Assembly (NCBI GenBank): GCA_965222235.1
Contig: OZ244939.1
Location: 184,585-248,584 of the forward strand
Source of the DNA: Minisyncoccota bacterium
Lineage (GTDB): Bacteria > Patescibacteriota > Minisyncoccia > Phycocordibacterales > JABAAK01
Length of the DNA stretch: 64,000 nt
Direction: 5' to 3'
The notes under the pieces: generated by a model
Databases searched by the model: none
What the model was told of the DNA's origin: nothing
Seen by the model: only the letters and a program-made list of their open reading frames with translations
Position numbers and translations under genes: made by a program
Part shown: one piece after another, positions 1-10,039 of the stretch
Layout of the letters: each line of letters begins with the position of its first letter
Numbering within the stretch: position 1 is the first letter of the stretch

Positions 1-40
1 CGTCAGCGTCCTGCAGCACAGCGAAGGAGCGTAGGCAGGC

Positions 41-1402
41 TTACAGACGCTCCTGAATATAGCCGGCAAGATCGCTGATAGACACGCGCTCCTGCTCCAT
101 TGAATCACGGCGGCGGACGGTCACGGTATTGTCATTCATCGTGTCATAATCCACGGTCACCGCAAACGGTGTGCCGATTTCATCAGCGCGGCGATACCGT
201 TTTCCGATCGTCCCGGTGTCGTCATAATACACATTGAAATGAGGGGCAAGTGCGGTATATATCTCACGAGCTTTTTCCGGATGCCCGTCTTTTCGCATGA
301 GAGGAAGAGTAGCCGCGGTCATCGGTGCAATGGACGGTTTCAGGCGCAGTACAGTCCGCTCACTGCCGTCGGGCAGTTCTTCAACGGCATATGCATCGCA
401 GATAACAGCAAGGAACAGGCGGCCGACGCCGATTGATGTTTCAATAATATGAGGGAGGATATGCTCATTGGTGTCCCGGTCAAAGTAGGTTAACTGAACG
501 CCGGATTCCCGCGTGTGCTGCGTCAGATCATAGTTTCCCCGGTCATGAATACCCTCCAATTCCTTCCAGCCGAACGGATACCGATATTCAATATCTTCCG
601 CCGCTGCGGCATAGAATACCAGCCGCTCATGCGGCACCGACCGCAGAAAATCTTTCCGTATGCCGAGTCCCCGCAGGCTTTCCAGGCGAAGAGTGCGAAA
701 TTCCTCAAAAAATCTTTTTCTGTCTGATTCATTGATAAAATACTGCATTTCCATCTGTTCAAACTCCCGGGTGCGAAACAGAAACTGCCGGGGCGATATT
801 TCATTGCGGAACGCCTTGCCAATCTGCGCAATACCGAACGGCAATTTCATATGCATACTATCAAGCACCTGCTTAAAGTTCACATATATCCCCTGACAGG
901 TTTCGCCGCGCAGATAGACCTGATCAGCACCGTCCGCAGATCCTACATCTGTCGTCACCAGTAAATTTTGAAATTCCGGCTCGCTCAAATCTTTAGAATT
1001 GCAGCCCTCAACAGATATATCTTTTCTGTGCTGGGCGAATATATCACGGAATTCATCGGGCGCCATGCGCTCATCCGCTGCCACACCGATCGCTTCAAGC
1101 AGATGATCCGCGCGGAACCGTTTACCTGTTTTTGTGCAGGTGACGACGGGATCCGAGAAATTCTTCGTATGTCCCGAAGCATCCCACACATTCGGGTGCA
1201 TAACAATTCCGGCATCAAGACCGATAATGTCGGGGCGCGTACGCACCATCGTATTCCACCAGTCACGCTTCAGATTATTCGCCAGTTCAACGCCGAGAGG
1301 TCCGTAATCATACACACCGCCGAAACCGCCGTATATCTCAGACGACGGGAATATAAATCCCCGCCGTTTTGCAAATATCACTATATCCTCAAGGCTGTGC
1401 AT
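41..1402 (-). CDS. glyQS: Glycine--tRNA ligase (alpha2 type)
   Basis: AKRRGFIFPSSEIYGG, YLRGETCQG, GKAFRNEISPRQFLFRTREFEQME and IGKRYRRADEIGTPF motifs; start moved to MHSLED (1402), 6 nt after a TGGTATACT box. Confidence 0.96.
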   Translation of the reverse strand: MHSLEDIVIFAKRRGFIFPSSEIYGGFGGVYDYGPLGVELANNLKRDWWNTMVRTRPDIIGLDAGIVMHPNVWDASGHTKNFSDPVVTCTKTGKRFRADHLLEAIGVAADERMAPDEFRDIFAQHRKDISVEGCNSKDLSEPEFQNLLVTTDVGSADGADQVYLRGETCQGIYVNFKQVLDSMHMKLPFGIAQIGKAFRNEISPRQFLFRTREFEQMEMQYFINESDRKRFFEEFRTLRLESLRGLGIRKDFLRSVPHERLVFYAAAAEDIEYRYPFGWKELEGIHDRGNYDLTQHTRESGVQLTYFDRDTNEHILPHIIETSIGVGRLFLAVICDAYAVEELPDGSERTVLRLKPSIAPMTAATLPLMRKDGHPEKAREIYTALAPHFNVYYDDTGTIGKRYRRADEIGTPFAVTVDYDTMNDNTVTVRRRDSMEQERVSISDLAGYIQERL

Positions 1403-1408
1403 GCCGCC

Positions 1409-1417
1409 AGTATACCA
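1409..1417 (-). promoter_or_regulatory. Extended -10 box (TGGTATACT) of glyQS, leaderless spacing
   Basis: TGnTATACT 6 nt upstream of ATG; same arrangement recurs at many genes. Confidence 0.7.
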
Positions 1418-1454
1418 TCCGGCGGCGGAATAAAGGGTCCGAGAATCAGACACG

Positions 1455-2369
1455 CTACAATGACCGGGGAGGAGAGGCATAGATGCCCCCGCTGTATGAA
1501 AGCAGCATCTTCTTCATGTCTTCAAAACGGCCGGAGCGGGTTGACCCGAGCACAACAAATGCAAGTTTGACACCCCCCTGCTCCGTGACCATGATAAGTG
1601 TGCCGGCGGCGATGTCGGTATATCCGGTCTTAGAGAGCAGTATCCGTTCAGGCACCCGGCCGAGCAGTATATTCGTATTCTCCGCGCCGTACCGAACACC
1701 GTGCCGGGAATAGAAGACCTTTTCTTTCTGCGTTGTCAACGCCGCAAAATCGGGCTGTGTCGCGACAATAATTCCTGCCAGCTTCGCAAGATCAAGTGCG
1801 GAACTTTCCGAACCCGCAAGCGTACTGTGCGTGTCTAATCCGGTCGGATTGATGAAGTGGGTCTGTACCAATGCGTTCTGCCGGGCAAATGCATTCATGA
1901 GAGTGACGAGAGAAACGCCGGTTTTTTCTTCAATGGTGCGGCCGACTGCGTTAATCCCCCGGTTTGAAGAGGTCATGATTGAATATTCAAGCAGCTGCGC
2001 GGTACGCCATGTATCGCCGAGCTGCAGCGGTGTATTTGCCGTCACCCGAAAGTCAGTCTCATCAAGTGTGGTGAGATCATCATCATTGAGGCGCGGATAC
2101 GCAAGCAGTGCCGCAGTCAGTTTTGTTATCGACGCAATTGATTTCAGTTCATTAATGTTTTTTCCCGCGACAACCGAATCATCGGTGATATTGTACACGA
2201 TAGCCGCATCAGCGGTCACTTCATCAGTGATGCGGTAATATTCCTCCTTCTCATGTGGCTTAATGACAAAATCCTCCCTGGTGAACAGGCTGACGGAAAA
2301 AACCAGCAAACTCGCAACGACAAAAAACAGACAGACAAGACGGCACACTGTCGTTTGATTCATGCTCAT
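1455..2369 (-). CDS. D-alanyl-D-alanine carboxypeptidase (peptidase S11)
   Basis: SITK (SxxK), SSN and KTG motifs, HFINPTGLD; N-terminal TM anchor; TGGTATACT at 2377-2385. Confidence 0.9.
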   Translation of the reverse strand: MSMNQTTVCRLVCLFFVVASLLVFSVSLFTREDFVIKPHEKEEYYRITDEVTADAAIVYNITDDSVVAGKNINELKSIASITKLTAALLAYPRLNDDDLTTLDETDFRVTANTPLQLGDTWRTAQLLEYSIMTSSNRGINAVGRTIEEKTGVSLVTLMNAFARQNALVQTHFINPTGLDTHSTLAGSESSALDLAKLAGIIVATQPDFAALTTQKEKVFYSRHGVRYGAENTNILLGRVPERILLSKTGYTDIAAGTLIMVTEQGGVKLAFVVLGSTRSGRFEDMKKMLLSYSGGIYASPPRSL

Positions 2370-2395
2370 TATGCGCAGTATACCACGCCCATATT

Positions 2396-2938
2396 TCACT
2401 CATTCATTTTTTCTTTGGTCGTACGGATGCCGTTTTGAATTGAGCGGCGAATTGTTTCATAGTCCGGCAGATCCCCCGCGCTTCGGAGACCGAGATGCGC
2501 CAAAAAATCGGTTGTCACGGCGAACAGTTTCCGGCCGCCTTCCTTTTTCTGTTCCTGTATCAGACCGCGCATGGCGAGGCGGCGTACTGCGTACTGCGCG
2601 TTCACTCCGCGAAGAAAATCAATATCAACCTTTGCGATCGGCCCGGCATACGCGATGATAGCGAGGGTCTCCTGCGATGATTTGGAGAGCGGTATGGTAC
2701 GATCTTCCTTCTGCGCCCGTTCTATAAACTCCGCGAGTGCGGGACCGGTCGCAAGCGTCACCTGTGCCCCGTCATCAATGAGTGTCACGCCGCTGCCCTC
2801 GCACAGATCTGCAAACTGTTTGAGCAGCTGCTCAATCTTTTCGCCCGAACAATTCATATGCGCCGCCAGACGCTTCTTCGGCACCGGCGCACCGCTGATA
2901 AAAAGAAGTGCCTGTAATTGTGCAAGTGCGGTGTTCAT
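2396..2938 (-). CDS. scpB: SMC-Scp complex subunit ScpB
   Basis: LSKSSQETLAIIAYAGPIAKVDIDFLRGVN, VTTDFLAHLGLRSAGDLP; adjacent to scpA. Confidence 0.93.
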   Translation of the reverse strand: MNTALAQLQALLFISGAPVPKKRLAAHMNCSGEKIEQLLKQFADLCEGSGVTLIDDGAQVTLATGPALAEFIERAQKEDRTIPLSKSSQETLAIIAYAGPIAKVDIDFLRGVNAQYAVRRLAMRGLIQEQKKEGGRKLFAVTTDFLAHLGLRSAGDLPDYETIRRSIQNGIRTTKEKMNE

Positions 2939-3663
2939 GTGTTCTGTTCCTCCTTCACCAACAGAATATCATCAAATTGTCCGTCCTGCCGTGCCAGCAG
3001 CAGGTCTTTCCGCATGAGCTCAAGGATTGCGAGAAAGGAAAGAATCTTTTCCTCTTTATTCCTGCCCGAAGAAAACTCCCGGAATGATGTCCTGATCCGT
3101 TCGCTGACAGTCGTAAGCACATTCTCTATCACCTCCCCCAGCGATATCACCCTGCCCACATTCCTGCGGGGCGGCGTTTTGAGAAACGAAAGATCATTGA
3201 TGACCGCCCGGGCGTTCCGCTGCAGACCCTCAACCGTACACGACGCATCGGGAGAAAATATAACGTTCCGAACCTGCCGGGGCGGACAGACGGGGAATGA
3301 CCGCCGTCTCCAGGTACTCAGTGCGGGTATTGCGTGCGTCCGGATATAATCAAACAGTTTCATTCGCTCCTCCAGTATGACCACATCTCCTTCCTCCTCT
3401 TTAGTGTATTCAAGGAGCGGCAACAGTGATTTTGATTTGATAAATATGAGAATGGAGGCAATGTGCACGAACCGGGCAATTTCTTCCGCTGGCACGGCGG
3501 ACATTTTCTGTATATGGGCGATATAGTCAGCAGTAACTTTTGCCAATGAAATGGTGTTAATCTGCAGCTTTCTCTTTTCCACTAACTGATGCAGCAGATC
3601 AAGCGGTCCCTGAAACTGATCAAGGGAAATGATATACTCAGTGTCCGTTGTGCTATTCATCAT
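2935..3663 (-). CDS. scpA: Segregation/condensation protein ScpA
   Basis: FQGPLDLLHQLV, IKSKSLLP, FLAILEL motifs; start approximate. Confidence 0.93.
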   Translation of the reverse strand: MMNSTTDTEYIISLDQFQGPLDLLHQLVEKRKLQINTISLAKVTADYIAHIQKMSAVPAEEIARFVHIASILIFIKSKSLLPLLEYTKEEEGDVVILEERMKLFDYIRTHAIPALSTWRRRSFPVCPPRQVRNVIFSPDASCTVEGLQRNARAVINDLSFLKTPPRRNVGRVISLGEVIENVLTTVSERIRTSFREFSSGRNKEEKILSFLAILELMRKDLLLARQDGQFDDILLVKEEQNT

Positions 3664-4990
3664 ACAGTCGTGTATCAATGCGTCCGCGGTCGCGGGGAAA
3701 CATCGCCGCCTCTTTGACGTTTACAATGCCGACCATTTTCGCGGTGAGGCGCTCAAGCCCGATCGCCATGCCTCCGTGCGGCGGCATGCCGTATTTGAAT
3801 GCCTGAAGGTAAAAGGCGAAAGTCTTTTCCGGATCCACGTCCGGCAGTTTCTGCCGAATCTTTTCCGTCAGAGTGCCGTAGTCATGTATGCGCTGTCCCC
3901 CGCTGCTGATCTCCACACCCCGAAACAGCAGGTCAAAACTTTTGGTATACCCCGGATCATCGCGGTCCTCATAGACATACATCGGTCGTTTCTCAACCGG
4001 ATAGTGAGTGATAAAGATGAAATCGGAGGAGTGTGTTTTGAGCGCATATTCGCACAGCATCCGTTCATGCTCCGGTGCGAGGTCCGGCTCCCCTTCGCAC
4101 GAAGTGCCGTACTCCCGTTCAAGAATCTGCTGCGCCTCACGCAGCTTCATGACCGGAAACGGCTTTTCCGGGAGCACCGGGAATTCGGCGTTAAGAACCG
4201 CGTACTCCTTCGCCGCATGCCGCTTCAGCATTTCAACAATGTGCCGCATACATCCTTCAAGCATGCGCATGACATCGGTGTGGTCGGTGATATATCCCAT
4301 TTCAAAATCAAGACTGGTGTATTCATTGAGATGGCGGGACGTGTTATGCTTCTCCGCCCGGAACGCCTCGGCAACGCAAAAAACCCGCTCAAAGACGCCG
4401 ACTAATAATTGTTTGTAAAGCTGCGGGCTGGTCGCCAACGATGCCTGTTTGTCAAAATAGTTCACTGAAAAAACCTCGGCGCCGCCCTCGGCATCCCCGC
4501 CGACAATGCTCGGCGCTTGAAATTCTACAAAATCCTGCCCGTTCAGATATTCCCGAAACCCTCTGAGAATCTGCGCCTGCACACGAAACAGGGCGCGATC
4601 CGTCTGACGACGCAGGGTAATCGGACGGTAGTCAAACTTGGTGTCAATGTTAATATCCGCCTCTATATCAAACGGCAATTCATCGGCGCGGGCAAGTACG
4701 GAAAACGATTCAATGACAAATTCAATCATGCCGTTTTCCTCCTCGGTCCTGTTTTTTTCCGGCCGCTCTTTGACTGTGCCGGTAATGCTCATGACGCTTT
4801 CCGGGGACAATTTCTGCGCCTCGGCAAAATCACCGTGCGAAGCGGCAATGAAACACTGAACGGCGGCGGAGCGGTCGCTGAGCGTTATGAAGACAATTTT
4901 TCCGTGATCCCGCAGGGCGGCAACCTTCCCCGCCACGGTAACCGTCGACCCAATGTGATCTTTCAATGTTGCGATAAGATGTCGTTCCAT
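3653..4990 (-). CDS. aspS: Aspartate--tRNA(Asp/Asn) ligase, short archaeal-type non-discriminating form
   Basis: OB-fold N-terminus, SPQLYKQ, FRAEKHNTSRHLNEYTSLD, YGMPPHGG...GLERL; 445 aa without GAD insert. Confidence 0.92.
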   Translation of the reverse strand: MERHLIATLKDHIGSTVTVAGKVAALRDHGKIVFITLSDRSAAVQCFIAASHGDFAEAQKLSPESVMSITGTVKERPEKNRTEEENGMIEFVIESFSVLARADELPFDIEADINIDTKFDYRPITLRRQTDRALFRVQAQILRGFREYLNGQDFVEFQAPSIVGGDAEGGAEVFSVNYFDKQASLATSPQLYKQLLVGVFERVFCVAEAFRAEKHNTSRHLNEYTSLDFEMGYITDHTDVMRMLEGCMRHIVEMLKRHAAKEYAVLNAEFPVLPEKPFPVMKLREAQQILEREYGTSCEGEPDLAPEHERMLCEYALKTHSSDFIFITHYPVEKRPMYVYEDRDDPGYTKSFDLLFRGVEISSGGQRIHDYGTLTEKIRQKLPDVDPEKTFAFYLQAFKYGMPPHGGMAIGLERLTAKMVGIVNVKEAAMFPRDRGRIDTRLYDE

Positions 4991-5023
4991 ATATGTCAGT
5001 GTAGCATGGGCGCGGTTTGAGAT

Positions 5024-6037
5024 TCATCCGAATAATCCCCTGTTGTGCACCGCAAGACCGAGCAGATTGCGGATGTCATTGAGCCGACCGGTGAGCATCG
5101 TGTCAACCTTTTTCCGGTGCCGGCCTATGACACGGTCAATATATGCCGTATCTTTTTCCATAGCCGCGTATCGTTTCCGCTGCGTCTTAAAGTATGCAAA
5201 GTAGGTGTCGGCAAGCAGATCTTTCAGTTCCTGATAGGTTATTGATCCGTTCAGACATTTGTTCTCCACATCGCCGTATTCTTCCGACGACATAAGCAGT
5301 TTGAGATATGTGCATATGATGCAGTCATCAGCCGGTATGGGGCTGCCTGCGGGCGTTGAGTCCGTCACGATGGCGGATATCTTTTTCCGTACAGTGTCTT
5401 CGCTGCCGAAGATGGAGAGCGTGTTATTCTTTGACTTGCTCATTTTCTCTCCGTCAATGCCGGGAACAACCGCCGTTTCTTCTATAACTTTTTCCTGCGG
5501 TTCCTTGAAATACTGAGTTCCGGTAAGAAGGTTGAACTTCCGGGCAATCTCCCGGGTAATTTCCACATGCTGTATCTGATCTTTGCCGACCGGCACAATC
5601 TCTGCGCCGGGCAGGAGAATATCAGCCGCCATCAGCACCGGGTACATAAATATGCCGAGTCCGACCTGCTCTTCGCGCTGCTGCGCATCCTTGTATGCGT
5701 GCCCGATGGTGAGAAACTGATGTTTCAGCAGACAGCTGAATATCCAGGTCAGCTCGGCAATCTGCGGAAATTCCGACTGCCGGTATATAATCGTTCGCTT
5801 CGGATCTATGCCGAGGGCGATATATGCCCGAATAGTGTCATATGACATCCGCGCAAAGGTTTCGGCGCTGTGCCGTTTATTGTCATCACTGAAATCAGTG
5901 AGTGCATGCAAATCTGCGAGGAACATAACGAGATTTCCCTGCTCCTGCAGATCAACCATCTGGCGAATGGTACCGAAATAGTTGCCGAGATGGATGCCCC
6001 CCGTCGGCTTAATTCCGGTGAGTGTGAGTTCCGTCAT
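5024..6037 (-). CDS. trpS: Tryptophan--tRNA ligase
   Basis: TGIKPTG.HLGNY, YPVLMAADIL, VPVGKDQ, KMSKS. Confidence 0.96.
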   Translation of the reverse strand: MTELTLTGIKPTGGIHLGNYFGTIRQMVDLQEQGNLVMFLADLHALTDFSDDNKRHSAETFARMSYDTIRAYIALGIDPKRTIIYRQSEFPQIAELTWIFSCLLKHQFLTIGHAYKDAQQREEQVGLGIFMYPVLMAADILLPGAEIVPVGKDQIQHVEITREIARKFNLLTGTQYFKEPQEKVIEETAVVPGIDGEKMSKSKNNTLSIFGSEDTVRKKISAIVTDSTPAGSPIPADDCIICTYLKLLMSSEEYGDVENKCLNGSITYQELKDLLADTYFAYFKTQRKRYAAMEKDTAYIDRVIGRHRKKVDTMLTGRLNDIRNLLGLAVHNRGLFG

Positions 6038-6058
6038 ATATACGGCAGTGTAGCACAC

Positions 6059-6469
6059 CTATCGTTTGCTCCATTGCGGCGCACGGCGTGCTTTGCGGAG
6101 TCCGAACTTTTTACGCTCCTTCTTCCTCGGATCCCGGGTCAGAAAACCGAGATTCTTGAAATACTTCCTGTCTTCCGGATTATGCGCGACAAGTACGCGC
6201 GTCAGTCCGTGACGGATTGCTTCGGCATGCGATGCGATACCGCCGCCCTTCACCACAACAGTTGCGCCGAGCTCCTGATATTCGTCCTTCTCCCGCAACG
6301 GCTGCAGCGCTTTTGTAATAAGCTCAACGGTGGGCAAATACTGTTCTATGGGTCTGCCGTTTACGGTAACCCCCTTCACAATTTTGGAGACGCGCACGCG
6401 GGCGACGGCGGTCTTGCGCCTGCCGACTGCTTCTATATATCCCCCCCGCTGTATCTGATTCTCCGCCAT
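6059..6469 (-). CDS. rpsI: 30S ribosomal protein S9
   Basis: GRRKTAVARV ... ERKKFGLRKARRAPQWSKR. Confidence 0.98.
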   Translation of the reverse strand: MAENQIQRGGYIEAVGRRKTAVARVRVSKIVKGVTVNGRPIEQYLPTVELITKALQPLREKDEYQELGATVVVKGGGIASHAEAIRHGLTRVLVAHNPEDRKYFKNLGFLTRDPRKKERKKFGLRKARRAPQWSKR

Positions 6470-6472
6470 ATG

Positions 6473-6832
6473 TTATCCCTGTATCTGTATTTTCTTCATT
6501 TTTTCCGTCCGAAGCCGGTTGTCCGGTAGCATACCATACACCGCCCTGCGAAGCACCTCGCCGTATCCTTTCTTTGTAATGACCTGGGCAAGCGTTTCCT
6601 CACGCCGCCCGCCGAAGTAGCCGCTATAACGGTCATACACCTTCTCTTTCTTTTTCTTTTCACTGATGTGCATACGGGATGCATGTTCAACCTTCACCCG
6701 GACATTCGGCGCCTGATTCGGTGCGTACACGACAGTATCCTTGCCGTTGACTATGTCGGCGATCTCCGAAGCAAGCCGGCCCGGTCGCTTTCCTGTTGCA
6801 TCAAGAGTAATTGTTCGCATTTCATTTTTCAT
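6473..6832 (-). CDS. rplM: 50S ribosomal protein L13
   Basis: DATGKRPGRLAS, YSGYFGG, AVYGMLPDNRL; next to rpsI. Confidence 0.95.
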   Translation of the reverse strand: MKNEMRTITLDATGKRPGRLASEIADIVNGKDTVVYAPNQAPNVRVKVEHASRMHISEKKKKEKVYDRYSGYFGGRREETLAQVITKKGYGEVLRRAVYGMLPDNRLRTEKMKKIQIQG

Positions 6833-6834
6833 AC

Positions 6835-7188
6835 TTATACAAATTCAATGACGGCGGCGGTACGCCCTGATCCCTGCCGCGGTTCAACCTTTATCACCCG
6901 TGTATACCCGCCTTTTCTGTCTTTATACTTCGGCCCCAGTTCGTCAAGAAGATTCTTCGCCACCGCCTTGTCATTGTTAAACCGGGCAAGTATCATTCTT
7001 CGCGTTATCAGATCATTGTTTGCCGATCTTGTTACCAGTTTTTCAATATACGGACGGAGGCTTTTTGCCCGCGCTTCGGTTGTTGCAATGCGCTTATGCA
7101 GTATTATTGACCGCGCGAGAGAACGCATCAGCTGCCGACGCTGACCCTGTTTTCGTCCGAATTTTCTTCCTGTGTTCTGGTATGCCAT
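6835..7188 (-). CDS. rplQ: 50S ribosomal protein L17
   Basis: IATTEARAK, YKDRKGGYTRVIK. Confidence 0.97.
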   Translation of the reverse strand: MAYQNTGRKFGRKQGQRRQLMRSLARSIILHKRIATTEARAKSLRPYIEKLVTRSANNDLITRRMILARFNNDKAVAKNLLDELGPKYKDRKGGYTRVIKVEPRQGSGRTAAVIEFV

Positions 7189-7194
7189 ATATAT

Positions 7195-8133
7195 TTACTC
7201 GTCCTTCAGTACGATTCCCTTATCCTCCAGACGGCTCTTAATCTCCTCAACAGCCTTTGAACCGATGCCCGGTATATCCCGAATGCCGATTACCCCCTTC
7301 TTCAGAATGTCCATAACAGTCTTAATATTGTTTCTTTCAAGAATAGTGACCACGCTCGCACTCAGCTCAAGATCTTTGATGTCAATCACTCTCATGCTGT
7401 CCTCAACCTCTTTCTGCATTTTCTTTTCTCCCGTATCCGCCTGAAAACTGAGCATTGCCTCAAACTGGGAAATCATCGTTCGAATTGCCTTTTCCAGCGC
7501 TTCGCGCGGCGTAATAGTACCGTCTGTTTCAATAAATATGCTGAGACGGTTAAAATCGGTCCGGTCGCCCACGCGCATGTTCTGCACTTCATATGATGAA
7601 CGCTTCACCGGGGAGAAAATTGCGTCAACAACAATTGAGCCGATGGATGCGTCCTCGCCCAATTCCTCGCGGGGACGAAAGCCGATCCCCGTGTGAACAT
7701 CCGCTTCAATGTGCAATTCTCCCCTGTCATCGGTAATTTCGGCAATGACCAAATCCTTGTTCATAATTTCAAGCTGTGACGGGGCCTCAAAATCATTCGC
7801 GGTGATAACACCCTTCCCTTTCTTCTTCAGAGTAATGGTCTGAGGAAATACATCGGTATTCGCTCTCACCCGTATATTTTTCATATTGATGATAATGGTG
7901 AGAACATCCGGCTGAACGCCGTCTATTGTTGAGAACTCGTGCGGTGCGCCCTGAACGCGGATAGTGGTGATAGCGGCACCGGGTATTGATGAGAGCAGCA
8001 TGCGGCGAAGCGCGTTGCCGAGCGTGTTGCCGTATCCGGGGTAGAGTCCGGATATTTCATAGGTACCTTCCATTTCCGTTTCATGAAGCATCTCCGGTTT
8101 TGAGGGGATTGCAATGGTTATATACTCTGTCAT
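7195..8133 (-). CDS. rpoA: RNA polymerase alpha subunit
   Basis: GYGNTLGNALRRMLLSSIPG, HEFSTIDGV, DAIFSPV, alpha-CTD. Confidence 0.97.
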   Translation of the reverse strand: MTEYITIAIPSKPEMLHETEMEGTYEISGLYPGYGNTLGNALRRMLLSSIPGAAITTIRVQGAPHEFSTIDGVQPDVLTIIINMKNIRVRANTDVFPQTITLKKKGKGVITANDFEAPSQLEIMNKDLVIAEITDDRGELHIEADVHTGIGFRPREELGEDASIGSIVVDAIFSPVKRSSYEVQNMRVGDRTDFNRLSIFIETDGTITPREALEKAIRTMISQFEAMLSFQADTGEKKMQKEVEDSMRVIDIKDLELSASVVTILERNNIKTVMDILKKGVIGIRDIPGIGSKAVEEIKSRLEDKGIVLKDE

Positions 8134-8165
8134 ATGGTTTCTTGTGAAGTAGTAATAGTATTGAG

Positions 8166-8765
8166 CTAACGGGAGTAGTACTCAAGAATGATGGGGAGTG
8201 AAAAAATATCATCGTCAGTGGCGGGTTTGTCCGCCACACCCCCCTGGTGTGTTTTGCTGTCCCAGGACACCCATCCCACTCGCGGACGCACACCGCTCCC
8301 TGCAAGCATGGTGCGGAACAGGGTGGTTGTGGTGCTGCCTTCGCGAATGCCGACCACATCACTGTTGCGTACCTGATATGACGGAACGGACACCTTCCGT
8401 CCGTTGACCGTGAAGTGGCCGTGCGACACCATCTGACGTGCCATGCGCCGGGTGGGCGCCAGCCCGAGCTGATAGACAACATTATCCAGACGCCGCTCTA
8501 ATATCTCCGCAAGCGCCCCTTCCGCGGATGCTCCCGTCGTCGCGAGCGCTTTTTTGACATACTTCTTCAGAACCCGCTCCGAAATACTGTACAGGTACCG
8601 CACTTTCTGCTTCTCGACAAGCTGTTTACCGTAGTCAGAAATGCCGCGGCGTCGGTGTTTCGGCGGACGACGCTGTTCGCGGAGGATAAACTTCTGCGAT
8701 TGGCATTTCTCGAACAAAGGTGCTTTCAGACGGCGACTGATTTTATATTTCTTTACCTGTTTCAT
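8166..8765 (-). CDS. rpsD: 30S ribosomal protein S4
   Basis: SDYGKQLVEKQK, LERRLDNVVY, ARQMVSHGH, EYYSR. Confidence 0.97.
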   Translation of the reverse strand: MKQVKKYKISRRLKAPLFEKCQSQKFILREQRRPPKHRRRGISDYGKQLVEKQKVRYLYSISERVLKKYVKKALATTGASAEGALAEILERRLDNVVYQLGLAPTRRMARQMVSHGHFTVNGRKVSVPSYQVRNSDVVGIREGSTTTTLFRTMLAGSGVRPRVGWVSWDSKTHQGGVADKPATDDDIFSLPIILEYYSR

Positions 8766-8768
8766 ATG

Positions 8769-9206
8769 CTATACACGGCGTGGTTTCTTTCTGCGGGGAC
8801 CATTGTGCGGCACCGGCGTCCTGTCCCGTATGGAATGAATGGCAAACCCGCGGTTCAGGAATGAGCGGATTGCGGATTCCCGGCCGCCGCCGACACCTTT
8901 GACAACAATGTCAATATCCTTAACGCCGACAGCAACCGCCTTTTCAGCTATCGCATCAGCGACTTTTGCCGCTGCGTACGGTGTTGCTTTTTTAGCACTA
9001 CTGAAACCGAGTGTGCTGCTGGTTACCCACATCACCACATTCCCGTTCGTTTCGGTGAACAATACTCGTGTATTGTTGAATGTCGCCTCAATGAAGACAA
9101 TACCCTTGCTGATTTTTTTCTTGGGTATTTTTGAGAGCACCCGGGACCGCTTCCCGGAATCATTCCTATTCTGCTCAACCTTATTTGCCGTCCGTTTCTT
9201 TCCCAT
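8769..9206 (-). CDS. rpsK: 30S ribosomal protein S11
   Basis: ATFNNT, TPYAA, DRTPVPHNGPR. Confidence 0.97.
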   Translation of the reverse strand: MGKKRTANKVEQNRNDSGKRSRVLSKIPKKKISKGIVFIEATFNNTRVLFTETNGNVVMWVTSSTLGFSSAKKATPYAAAKVADAIAEKAVAVGVKDIDIVVKGVGGGRESAIRSFLNRGFAIHSIRDRTPVPHNGPRRKKPRRV

Positions 9207-9212
9207 ATATCA

Positions 9213-9590
9213 CTATTTCTTCTGCAGCTTCACTCGTCCTGATCCCATGGTCTTTCTCGGTCCCTTGCGGGTGCGCGCATTGGTCTTAGTTTTCTGACCG
9301 CGCACCGGCAATCCCGCACTGTGGCGGCTGCCGCGCAATGTTCGCATGTCTTTCAGACGCTTGATGTCCTGTGCGACTGAACGGCGGAGGTCGCCCTCAA
9401 TGAGGAATGATTCCATCTTTTTTCGTACGGCGGTTTCCTGATCCGCCGAGAGGTCGTGCACCGTTGATGACGGGGCTATGGTAAGATCCTGCAGAATTGT
9501 CGCGGCACGTGGACGACCTATCCCGTACACAACGGTTAACGCTACTGATAGGTGTTTTTTTTCAGGTATATTTATTCCGGCAATACGCAT
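9213..9590 (-). CDS. rpsM: 30S ribosomal protein S13
   Basis: MRIAGINIP, YGIG, GLPVRGQKTKTNARTRKG. Confidence 0.97.
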   Translation of the reverse strand: MRIAGINIPEKKHLSVALTVVYGIGRPRAATILQDLTIAPSSTVHDLSADQETAVRKKMESFLIEGDLRRSVAQDIKRLKDMRTLRGSRHSAGLPVRGQKTKTNARTRKGPRKTMGSGRVKLQKK

Positions 9591-9595
9591 ATATA

Positions 9596-9712
9596 TCATT
9601 TCTGCCGCATCTTTCTGCGGGGGTTTACTTTATTAATGAGATACAAACGCCCTTTTCGACGCACAATCTTATCATGTCTGTCTCGTTTTTTAATGGAGGT
9701 TCGTACCTTCAT
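9596..9712 (-). CDS. rpmJ: 50S ribosomal protein L36, zinc-free (C-) type
   Basis: Not in ORF track; translated by hand as [38 protein letters not shown]; between infA and rpsM. Confidence 0.95.
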   Translation of the reverse strand: MKVRTSIKKRDRHDKIVRRKGRLYLINKVNPRRKMRQK

Positions 9713-9736
9713 GTGTTTCTTTCTTTATGTATCTAA

Positions 9737-9952
9737 TCAAAGGCGGGAAACGATACGTGCTCGTTCGCTTTGTGCATCTAAAACCAACGAAACTTTATCT
9801 CCTACAAGAACCTTGATGTGGTTCTTGCGCATTCGCCCTGACAGGTAAGCAAGTACTTGATTATCTGTTCCTTCCACGGTAACGCGAAAAAGCGTGTTCG
9901 GGAGCGTTTCAGTAACACTGCCTATGACCTCATCTTGTGTTCTCTTTTTCAT
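9737..9952 (-). CDS. infA: Translation initiation factor IF-1
   Basis: ETLPNTLFRV, LAYLSGRMRKNHIKVLVGDKV. Confidence 0.96.
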   Translation of the reverse strand: MKKRTQDEVIGSVTETLPNTLFRVTVEGTDNQVLAYLSGRMRKNHIKVLVGDKVSLVLDAQSERARIVSRL

Positions 9953-10039
9953 TGTTACAATGGATAGATAAATCATACCATACATAACAAATATCGTGCA
10001 AGACAGGTGGAAAATAGACAGAATAAAAAATAGATTATA